Positions 15,620 through 23,749 of a stretch of 32,191 nucleotides of DNA are shown here, piece after piece. How positions within the stretch are numbered: position 1 is the stretch's first letter; the number at the start of each line of letters is the position of its first letter. Under the pieces are notes generated by a model. It had not been told where the DNA came from. It worked only from the letters and a program-made list of their open reading frames with translations, and searched no databases. The DNA is taken from positions 1 to 32,191 of the IMG/VR virus record IMGVR_UViG_3300002182_000372; one strand, written 5' to 3'. The position numbers were made by a program, and so were the translations under genes. This DNA comes from a virus (lineage: Duplodnaviria > Caudoviricetes).

Positions 15620-18188
15620 ATGCGAGGTGAAGCCGGCGTGCAATCCAACGGTTCAAAAGCTGCCGGCGCGCTTAATCATCAAGCCTGAAGTTGCCGTTGT
15701 CGCGCGCAACAAATCAATTACTTTCGCCGCATTTCTGTTGGATAACGGCATCGAAATACCATTGGAAACTGGCGTTCAATTCTTTTCTGCAACGCCGAAC
15801 ATTGCTGTAATCGGAGTTAATTCAGGTGTGGCCACCGGGGTTGCGCAAGGCATTGCGACAATAACAGCGCGTTACGGGCAATTAACGGCTGCGGCGCGGC
15901 TTGAGGTGCGCCAGAATTGCGTGGTGCCCAATCATTATGCGCTTATTATTGATGATTCAATTTCGATGGGGGCAAGCTTCAGCAACACTTTTCCGACCAA
16001 AATCCAATATGCGAGGGCTGCTGCGCAGGCGTTTTTGAATTGCCTTTCCAGCCAGGAACAAGTGGCCATATTCTCCGGGTTGGATGAGTCAATCGGGTTC
16101 ACGACAAATTCAAACAATCTTTCAGCCTTTGTTAAATCCATTGTTTGCACGGCAACAAAAACAAATCTGGCCGCCATGCTGGGCAAGGCGCGGGATGCGT
16201 TCGCGGCTGCCAATATCGCGGCATCTGGGCGCGTTTACATTCTGATAACTGACGGGTTCAATAATTTCGGCGATGATTTGGCCAGTTATGCCGCTTCAAT
16301 TAAAGACGAAGGTTCGATTATCATGGTGTTGGGCTTGCGCAACTTTGGCGATAATTATGATTTGATGACGAGGGTGGCCAGTGGCGGGTTTTACCTCAAC
16401 GCAATTCCAAATAATGAAGTTGAAGCCATGCAATGGCTGAATGGTTTGAAGGCATCCTTGTGCGGGGGCAATTGCTATTCTGTAGCGGGCAAAGGTACTA
16501 TGCTGGCCGGCCAGCCGCAGTTGAATTATACGGGCTTCAAAAATTGGGATGTTATTTCGGGCCTTGTTGATTTAATCGGGAACGGAACAAACCAGTTTTA
16601 TGATTTTTTGCCCGGCAACGGTCTTTATGTTGACCTATGTGGCACCCCGCCAACATGGTCAGACCCAAGCGGGTGGGGCACTTTGAAAACCAAAGAATCG
16701 TTGATGGGTTGGTTGGGCGAGAATTACACCCTCACCGTCCGGCTGGCAGGCAACCAGCGGCAACCGCGCACTGATACTGTAACAATTCGGGTTTTGGAAG
16801 AAAACGGGCAGGAAGTCGCCGCGAAAACTGTTTTGTTGGATTGGCTTGATGATTTCGCTGAATTCGAGCTTACATTTACCGGAGCAAGCCATCTTTTCAA
16901 AATTGAGATATCCGCAATGCCAATGTTAGGGGGGATAACTGTCTTCGGGCCTTTGTTGGATTCTGTGAAGCTTGTTGATAGCAATGGGCAAGTGATTTTC
17001 TTTGACGACTTCGATTCAGAAAACCTTCATTTTATTCCGCCACAATGCGGTGATTCAATTGTTTTTGACCTGAACTACGGTTATGTGCCGCCTGCCGATA
17101 ATATATCTGGTATCTATCGGCTTACATACGACAATTACATGGTGGTGCGCAATTATGATTGTGGTTCTGGTTGCGGGTGCTTGGATTATTGGCCGCCGCA
17201 AAATGCCGACCCGAACCCAACCACGTTGATTGATTTTGAAACATCGCCGCCAGAACCGGTCACCTACTCATCTACGCGCACCTACACGGCTTTATGCCCA
17301 GAATCCCCTGACCAATCCGTGACTGCCAGCGCGACAGCTACTTCATTGGTAAGCCAGGAAGATGCTGATTCAAAGGCGTTGGCCCTTGCCCGCCAGAAGG
17401 CTGAGGCTGCGTTATTAGGATTTTGCGTGCCTTCAATATCCAAGTTTTCTGGTTTACTGAACTTCGCCCTTGCCGGCGGCTATTCGCAGAATGACAGAAT
17501 CATTCATTACCAAGGGTACAATGGCAAAGTCGGCCCGATAACAACGCCTGACCCGAACCAAAAAGATATGGGGGATTGGGGCTATCAATATGGCCCGCTT
17601 GTAGTTGGTGATTATGGCGATTATTGGAATCCAGGTTTGCCGCCGCCGTGTCCGCCTGCGTATGCCGGCTTGCCAGATGGATATGGGAGCGGCTTTACAA
17701 GCCTGCGCGATTCAAAATTCAACTTTCTGCCGGGCGTTTATTTGATAATGCCAAGCGCGGCAGATTTCCTACTCAAGGCGACACTGTACGCAAATTACCC
17801 AAACATCTTCCTGAATACACTCAAAATATATGCGCCCAATGGCTGTCTCAGTTTGGCGCCCAATAATTATCCATTCATGATTTATGGCCTACCGGCGGGG
17901 ATTTATGATGTGTATGTTTTTGGCAGGTTGATTGAGCCGGGCTTTGACCTCGGCGGCAAATATTCTTGGCAAGTCATTGATTCTGATGACAGTGTCGTTG
18001 CTTCTGGCGAGGCGATTGAATTGAACACGCCCCTGATACCTTACGGGCCATACCTCCAGGAAAACCATCATTACGCCAAATTTTCAGGCATTGTGATTCA
18101 AGCCGGTTACGCGCTCAAAATCATTAGCATGGCTATTAACGACTCGCTTAACTTCATAAACGGCATTCAAATCAAGAAACGCATTTAA
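15591..18188 (+). CDS. Multidomain adhesin-like virion protein: Ig-like (Big_2), VWA, carbohydrate-binding-like and DUF5977-like domains
   Basis: Big_2 pattern FFSATPNIAVI...GVATGVAQGIATITARY; VWA MIDAS DDSISM and LITDG; NWDVISGLVDLIG...GLYVDL resembles DUF642/galactose-binding-like domains; SLVSQEDADSKA resembles DUF5977. Confidence 0.75.
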   Translation: MKLIQPDIHECEVKPACNPTVQKLPARLIIKPEVAVVARNKSITFAAFLLDNGIEIPLETGVQFFSATPNIAVIGVNSGVATGVAQGIATITARYGQLTAAARLEVRQNCVVPNHYALIIDDSISMGASFSNTFPTKIQYARAAAQAFLNCLSSQEQVAIFSGLDESIGFTTNSNNLSAFVKSIVCTATKTNLAAMLGKARDAFAAANIAASGRVYILITDGFNNFGDDLASYAASIKDEGSIIMVLGLRNFGDNYDLMTRVASGGFYLNAIPNNEVEAMQWLNGLKASLCGGNCYSVAGKGTMLAGQPQLNYTGFKNWDVISGLVDLIGNGTNQFYDFLPGNGLYVDLCGTPPTWSDPSGWGTLKTKESLMGWLGENYTLTVRLAGNQRQPRTDTVTIRVLEENGQEVAAKTVLLDWLDDFAEFELTFTGASHLFKIEISAMPMLGGITVFGPLLDSVKLVDSNGQVIFFDDFDSENLHFIPPQCGDSIVFDLNYGYVPPADNISGIYRLTYDNYMVVRNYDCGSGCGCLDYWPPQNADPNPTTLIDFETSPPEPVTYSSTRTYTALCPESPDQSVTASATATSLVSQEDADSKALALARQKAEAALLGFCVPSISKFSGLLNFALAGGYSQNDRIIHYQGYNGKVGPITTPDPNQKDMGDWGYQYGPLVVGDYGDYWNPGLPPPCPPAYAGLPDGYGSGFTSLRDSKFNFLPGVYLIMPSAADFLLKATLYANYPNIFLNTLKIYAPNGCLSLAPNNYPFMIYGLPAGIYDVYVFGRLIEPGFDLGGKYSWQVIDSDDSVVASGEAIELNTPLIPYGPYLQENHHYAKFSGIVIQAGYALKIISMAINDSLNFINGIQIKKRI

Positions 18189-18191
18189 AAG

Positions 18192-20750
18192 ATGAAATCA
18201 ATATCCGTTGTTTGCGAGCCTTACAAGCACACTGGCTGGGGCAGGATTGGTGTTTGGTGCGTTGAACATCTCATTAAGAATGGCTGGCAAGTTTTCATCA
18301 AACCAACCAAGCCTGTTGTTGAAGATTGGCTGCCGGAATTGTTCAAGGGATTGATTGCTGACCCGCCTGCGGATGCAAGATGGGAACTCATAATCGGCCC
18401 GTTGAGCGTTCCGCCCGATAATCGAAAGCGAACGATTTACTACACCTGCTACGAGGCAACACGACTGCCGCCGTTGGCTGTTAAATTTCTCAATGATTGC
18501 GACGCTGTTTTGACAACAAGCAATTGGAACGCAACATGCTTCAGCGCGGCTGGTGTTGAAAAGCCGATTTACGTGGTGCCCCCCAAGATAAATCCGATTT
18601 TCAAACCGGCAGCTCCCGATAATGGGGGGCGTTATATTTTTGGTTGTGCCGCCAATCTTACCCACGGGGCACAACGCAAGGGTATTGAGCAAATTATCAA
18701 GGCTTTCCAATTCGCTTTCCCATTGAAAATCTATTCGCCTGACCTACGGGGTAGCCCTCAATTGCAGGTTAAAATCTGGCCATCTGGTGTCTTAAACAAG
18801 AAGGCTTTCGATGATAAAAGGATTGTATTCATTGAGGAAATGCTCACAGACGAGCAATTGCGCAATTGGTATTGGGGGTTGGACGCATTTATCAGCGTTG
18901 CCACAGGCGGCTACGAAATGATGGCGGCTGAGGCACTGGCATGTGGGCGCCCTGTTATCGGCATTTTCTATGGGGGCCAAGCCGATTATCTTTGCGAATT
19001 CAACGCAATCTCAATACCGTATGAACTTGAACCGGCTGGTGAAATCTGGGCCGGGAACGGTTTATGGGCGAAGGCGAAAACCAAGGATATAGCATCCGCC
19101 ATCCGCCAATACATGGTTGTACAACCCATGTTTGCCGGCTTGCGCCAAAATGATTCGGATAAAAGGCTGGCTGAAGCATTGGAGAAAATCTTCGGATATC
19201 AAAACCACAAATATGCCATTCAAGTGGCCAGGTGGCAGGCACGCCAGTTTTACCTTGGCGAATTGCGCAAATATGCTCCCAACGGTCTCAATGACATCAC
19301 AGTTGTGATTACAACGTGCCGCAGGCCGGATAAATTGACTGCGGCCTTTAATTCATGCCGGGCTGCTGGCGTTCGGAACCTTGTGGTGACGGCCAGCGCT
19401 GTGGATGCACAAACTCAGGCGGTTTTGGATTGGATAAAACGCGAAATGCCGGCGGCCATCATTACAGCAATATCTGATGACAAGGGGAATAATGAAGCAT
19501 GGCTGCGTGGCGTTGAGGCCGCGCAGACGAAGTGGGTCATGCTGTTGCATGATGATGATTGCCTTTTACCAGCGTGGCGTTCTTTGGATTTTCATTTAGA
19601 CGACAAGGCCGGCTTTTATCTTTGGGGATTTACCAAGCACGGGCTTGTTAACGATAAAACATCGGCGGCAATTCTCAATTCGCGCCCCGGCTTTTATCAT
19701 TCGGATTGTCTTTGGCCATTTTTACTTACGCCTGGCAACCTTACTCTTTCTCCTGGGCTGGGCTTGTTCCGGCGCGATTTTCTCATAGAAACCCTGAAGG
19801 AAGCGGCAGAAAACCTGAACAAACCACAATTCATGAGCAGACCAACCATGATGGTTGGGAACGACTTGCTTATCTGGCTGCGGGCGGCTGAAAGGTACCG
19901 GCAATTTTACTACATCAACGATGCCCTTGTTTCTTTTGGCGATTGGGCAGGCTCAGAAACAGCCAGCCACGAGTATTCAGGCCAATTGGACAGGCTGATT
20001 GAATTCTACAAGCATACCAGAGATTATTATTTGAAGGCCGAGGGGGCAGAGTTGCTGAATGATTGCGTCATTGTCTTGCCGGCGCATATTGATGAAACCA
20101 ACGAAAGGCGGGTTAAATTCGCGCTGGCTGAGTGGGGGAAAGTATCGAAATTGACTGGTTGGCCAATTCAATATGTTGAGGATAGACAATTCGAGCGCGT
20201 TTTTGAGACGCCAAATAGCAGGGTTTTGTTTTATCTCAAGGATGTATTTGACTGGTTTTTCGAGGCTACCAAGCACCAAAAGACGCTTATTTTTGGGAAT
20301 AACGATAATGCCCCGGTATTGAGCATCGGCAATCATATCAGCATGTATTTGCCGAAGCACGGCGCCTTGTATTTCTGGAAACGGGATTATCCCATGCCCT
20401 TCGATGAGTTGGATGAGAGGCTGGTCAGGACATCAACGAGAGTTTCAGCGGGTGTTGATTTAGTTGCCATTACACCGGCCTGGTGGGCTGCCAATAGAGA
20501 CAGGTACCCTGATATGCTGTATGGCACTGAATGTTGGGATTACATCATCCGTCTTTTGATTGATGAAACAGGCGGGAAAGGCTTGCAATGGCTGATTTAC
20601 CATGAAGCCCATCAGATGGAGGTCAGTTTGCCTGAAACAAAACCCCATCGGGAACATAACAGGGCCTTGGCAAAGAAATTTTTGTTGGAACGCGGCATAA
20701 ACCCGTATTGGGAAGATAAAAGCATGGCTGAAAAGCTGGCCCCCAGATAA
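18192..20750 (+). CDS. Three-domain glycosyltransferase: GT-B (GT4-like), GT-A (GT2-like) and a third GT-A-like domain
   Basis: GT4-like RKGIEQIIKAF and EALACGRPVI; GT2-like ITVVITTCRR and WVMLLHDDD; third domain IFGNNDN, GVDLVAIT, YGTECWDY, IYHEAH. Confidence 0.85.
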   Translation: MKSISVVCEPYKHTGWGRIGVWCVEHLIKNGWQVFIKPTKPVVEDWLPELFKGLIADPPADARWELIIGPLSVPPDNRKRTIYYTCYEATRLPPLAVKFLNDCDAVLTTSNWNATCFSAAGVEKPIYVVPPKINPIFKPAAPDNGGRYIFGCAANLTHGAQRKGIEQIIKAFQFAFPLKIYSPDLRGSPQLQVKIWPSGVLNKKAFDDKRIVFIEEMLTDEQLRNWYWGLDAFISVATGGYEMMAAEALACGRPVIGIFYGGQADYLCEFNAISIPYELEPAGEIWAGNGLWAKAKTKDIASAIRQYMVVQPMFAGLRQNDSDKRLAEALEKIFGYQNHKYAIQVARWQARQFYLGELRKYAPNGLNDITVVITTCRRPDKLTAAFNSCRAAGVRNLVVTASAVDAQTQAVLDWIKREMPAAIITAISDDKGNNEAWLRGVEAAQTKWVMLLHDDDCLLPAWRSLDFHLDDKAGFYLWGFTKHGLVNDKTSAAILNSRPGFYHSDCLWPFLLTPGNLTLSPGLGLFRRDFLIETLKEAAENLNKPQFMSRPTMMVGNDLLIWLRAAERYRQFYYINDALVSFGDWAGSETASHEYSGQLDRLIEFYKHTRDYYLKAEGAELLNDCVIVLPAHIDETNERRVKFALAEWGKVSKLTGWPIQYVEDRQFERVFETPNSRVLFYLKDVFDWFFEATKHQKTLIFGNNDNAPVLSIGNHISMYLPKHGALYFWKRDYPMPFDELDERLVRTSTRVSAGVDLVAITPAWWAANRDRYPDMLYGTECWDYIIRLLIDETGGKGLQWLIYHEAHQMEVSLPETKPHREHNRALAKKFLLERGINPYWEDKSMAEKLAPR

Positions 20751-20752
20751 TC

Positions 20753-20781
20753 TTGACTGGCTTGGGAGCTGGCAGTATGTT
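20753..20781 (+). promoter_or_regulatory. Sigma70-like promoter, probably leaderless
   Basis: TTGACT (20753-20758), 17 bp, TATGTT (20776-20781); ATG 20788 sits at the expected +1. Confidence 0.6.
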
Positions 20782-20787
20782 CTGGTT

Positions 20788-21009
20788 ATGAGTCCGGTTA
20801 AACCAAAGGAACTCAGGCAATTAGTACCGGAAAGCGACGCCAGTTTGTGCGCCGTGCTTGTTGCTTTTCTGAAGTGGATGCTGTTGGTTACCCGTTGGTT
20901 TAATTATGCATTCGATTCCAATGGGGCGTTTACTACTCAATTCAGGAATGACCTTTGCGCCGATTTGATGGCCGGCGGGGGGTGCCATTCAAATAACAAC
21001 GCGGATTGA
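20788..21009 (+). CDS. Stand-alone copy of the N-terminal module shared with the next two genes
   Basis: PxxPxxLxxLxP.....LC...NGxF...F...LC pattern shared with the 21011 and 22447 N-termini. Confidence 0.7.
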   Translation: MSPVKPKELRQLVPESDASLCAVLVAFLKWMLLVTRWFNYAFDSNGAFTTQFRNDLCADLMAGGGCHSNNNAD

Positions 21010-21010
21010 T

Positions 21011-22444
21011 ATGCCAACGCCAATTTTACCAAAGATACTGTCAGATTTGAGGCCGCAAATGAAGTGGCGATTGTGCGACCAATTCAAGGGCGGGCTTATT
21101 AACCTGATGGACAAGTACACACGGTTTTTTGAATGGATGTACAAGCAGGATGGGCATTTCTCAGATTCATTCCTATTTGATGTTTGCCAGCTTTCCTGTG
21201 CTCAAACAACTACGGGCGGCGATGATGGCACCCTAGCTCCCCCGCCTAATTTCAATGTAACCCCGACAAATGACGGCATTGATGTGGACATTAACGTGCC
21301 AGATGCGCAGCCGGGTGATACTTACGATATTTACCAAAGCACAGACCCCAATAATTTCCCTGACACGCCCGTTGACAGCGGGAACATACCGCCGGACGGC
21401 AACGTTCATTACAACGACCCCAATCCAGCAGAAGGCCCCAACTATTATCGGTTTGTCAGACATCGCCCAGGGTACCCCGACCAGATTCTCGATATGCCAG
21501 GCGTTGAAACCCAGCCCTGCCTCCCAGCGCAATTAACTGTCTCGGCGACCGAGCGCGATAGGCATACAATTCTCAGAGTGTCGCCGGGCGCAAATGCTGC
21601 CTTTTATGAGGGGCGCGTGGCCAGTGTTTACAACTACAATGATTCTGGCGATGAAAATTCAACATCCGCCTTGATAACATCACATTTAATAACAGCGACA
21701 GATGCCAGCAATGGATATTTTGAAGTTGATTTGACTGATGCATGGGGAAGGAATGCCGGCAATATCGTCCAGAGGATTTTGGTTAATCATTATCATGGTT
21801 TCCGTGTTGAAGTCCCGATGTCAGCCGAATGCCCGCCGGCTATTGGCAGAACCGTGACTGATGTTTTGCCGCCGCAAACGCAAGGATGCAGGCCAAGTAT
21901 TATCGGTTTCTTTAATTCAACTTTTCGAGCTACCTTGCGGCTTACTGGCGCCCAAGATATATCGGATATATCTCAATGGCCTAATTACACCGATATTGAT
22001 TACAGCCCAGGTAATGCGGTTCAAATTAAAATTGTTTTGTGCCCGGATACGCTTTTGGAAATGAAAGTTGGTTTTTGGATTTTGAATGATGGAGTTATTG
22101 GAATGGGTTGCATGAGTAGTAATGAGATTTTAATTTCTTATCAGAACTTTATTGATAAACAGGATAATAACGGCAGCGGCGATATTTTCATTTGTGATGG
22201 TCTCACTTTGCTTTCTTTTGAATCACAAAATGGCAAGATTGAAAGCGGCAAAGCTGCCAATTTAACCTTAACACTCAGAGAACCTTCTAATAAACCATCA
22301 GGCCTGCTTGATTATGCCTTTATGCAACAGTATGGCTCTATAACCATTTCAATAAAGAAATTAACAGAAGACCATTCTAATTGGCAAATAATAGATGAAA
22401 AGGTTAAGTATGTTATTGAATGGAGTTATGAGAGAGGCAATTAG
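21011..22444 (+). CDS. Tail appendage/adhesin paralogue A (shared N-module plus FN3/Ig-like domains)
   Basis: FN3-like PPNFNVTP...YDIYQS...YND...YYRF; ITATDASNGY; LCPDT; AT-rich 3' end. Confidence 0.65.
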   Translation: MPTPILPKILSDLRPQMKWRLCDQFKGGLINLMDKYTRFFEWMYKQDGHFSDSFLFDVCQLSCAQTTTGGDDGTLAPPPNFNVTPTNDGIDVDINVPDAQPGDTYDIYQSTDPNNFPDTPVDSGNIPPDGNVHYNDPNPAEGPNYYRFVRHRPGYPDQILDMPGVETQPCLPAQLTVSATERDRHTILRVSPGANAAFYEGRVASVYNYNDSGDENSTSALITSHLITATDASNGYFEVDLTDAWGRNAGNIVQRILVNHYHGFRVEVPMSAECPPAIGRTVTDVLPPQTQGCRPSIIGFFNSTFRATLRLTGAQDISDISQWPNYTDIDYSPGNAVQIKIVLCPDTLLEMKVGFWILNDGVIGMGCMSSNEILISYQNFIDKQDNNGSGDIFICDGLTLLSFESQNGKIESGKAANLTLTLREPSNKPSGLLDYAFMQQYGSITISIKKLTEDHSNWQIIDEKVKYVIEWSYERGN

Positions 22445-22446
22445 TT

Positions 22447-23745
22447 ATGGCTTTACCAAAGACACCAAATGATTTGCGCGACCTGATTCCGAAATGGGGC
22501 TGGTCGTTATGCGAAAAGTTCATGGGAATTTTCCGATGGATAGAAGCTCTTTTGACAAATTACCGCTGGATGTTCACCGATAACGGCATGATTGCCGGCG
22601 GGTTCTCATCGCTGCTTTGCCAGTTGCCCTGCCTTAATTATACGCCTGAAGATTGTCCTGAAGTTGTTTTCCAAAATGAAATCGTGCCCGCCAACCAAAA
22701 GGTTTATCTTAAAATCACGGGGATGAATGTCGGTTCAGGGTGGACGTACAAATTGTACCGTTCTCAAACACGGGGGCAATTCAATGAGACCGATATTATT
22801 TCCACAGGCACAACGGGCGGGCCGGTTTTCAATTACACGGATACCGGCCTTACAAATGGCCAGACCTATTTTTACAAGTTCACTGTTCAAAAGGAAAGTT
22901 GCAACGAATACTCAACCGAAATAAATGATGTAACCCCGACCCCATGTTTGCCGTCTAATGCTACTTTGGTTGTCGCTGTTCTGGCAACGGGGCCTTTCAC
23001 CATTTTCAAATTCAATCCGCCGGCGAACATGCCGCTTGTTGAAGGCGCATCTTACACCCTCTATTTGATAACCAATTCAGGGGAATTACTGATTAAGAGC
23101 GACGTTGTCAATGCAACTGATGTGCAGAATGGCTATGTGCTAATTAACGCAACCGAAATAGCCCAGAACCCGCCAGCGGGGGTGCTCGGCAGTTATTTCG
23201 ACGCTTATTTCGCGTGGCGCATCAAGTATGTCTATGATGCAACCTGCGCGCCGTTGGTTGGCAATTTCCAGGCTGATGTAAGGGCAACAGGCGGCGGACA
23301 ACCGTGCCAAGGCTCGATTATTCTGGATGTTAGGCCGGCTACATCAACCATTTACGCGAAATCAACCTATGATTGCCCCCAATACAAGAATGAGATTCAA
23401 ACAATCGTCAGTCAGGGGACGGTTGATGTTTATGTTGAACTTTGCCCTGATACCGTTGCGGTTGTAAGAGCCGGATGGGGCTTGAACACAATAATCCGCT
23501 ACGATGCGCCAATCGGCCCGATAAGCGGCGGGCAATTGATTGATGCCGGCAGCGTACCAGATTCGCAAATGCGCAAGCTTGTCTTTCGCATAAACAAGAC
23601 CACAACCGAAGTAACGAGGTTTGAGAATCTAGCCAATTTGGGTTTTGTTGAGGCGAAAGTGTTTTACCAGAATTTCCAAATCCGTTCCGACAGGGATTAT
23701 GTTTTTGTGCAACAAGTGGAATATCAAAGCATGAATTGCAGTTGA
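22447..23745 (+). CDS. Tail appendage/adhesin paralogue B (shared N-module plus FN3/Ig-like domains)
   Basis: FN3 signature YKLYRS...YTDTGLTNGQTYFYKF; VNATDVQNGY; LCPDT; collinear with paralogue A. Confidence 0.7.
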   Translation: MALPKTPNDLRDLIPKWGWSLCEKFMGIFRWIEALLTNYRWMFTDNGMIAGGFSSLLCQLPCLNYTPEDCPEVVFQNEIVPANQKVYLKITGMNVGSGWTYKLYRSQTRGQFNETDIISTGTTGGPVFNYTDTGLTNGQTYFYKFTVQKESCNEYSTEINDVTPTPCLPSNATLVVAVLATGPFTIFKFNPPANMPLVEGASYTLYLITNSGELLIKSDVVNATDVQNGYVLINATEIAQNPPAGVLGSYFDAYFAWRIKYVYDATCAPLVGNFQADVRATGGGQPCQGSIILDVRPATSTIYAKSTYDCPQYKNEIQTIVSQGTVDVYVELCPDTVAVVRAGWGLNTIIRYDAPIGPISGGQLIDAGSVPDSQMRKLVFRINKTTTEVTRFENLANLGFVEAKVFYQNFQIRSDRDYVFVQQVEYQSMNCS

Positions 23746-23749
23746 GTTT

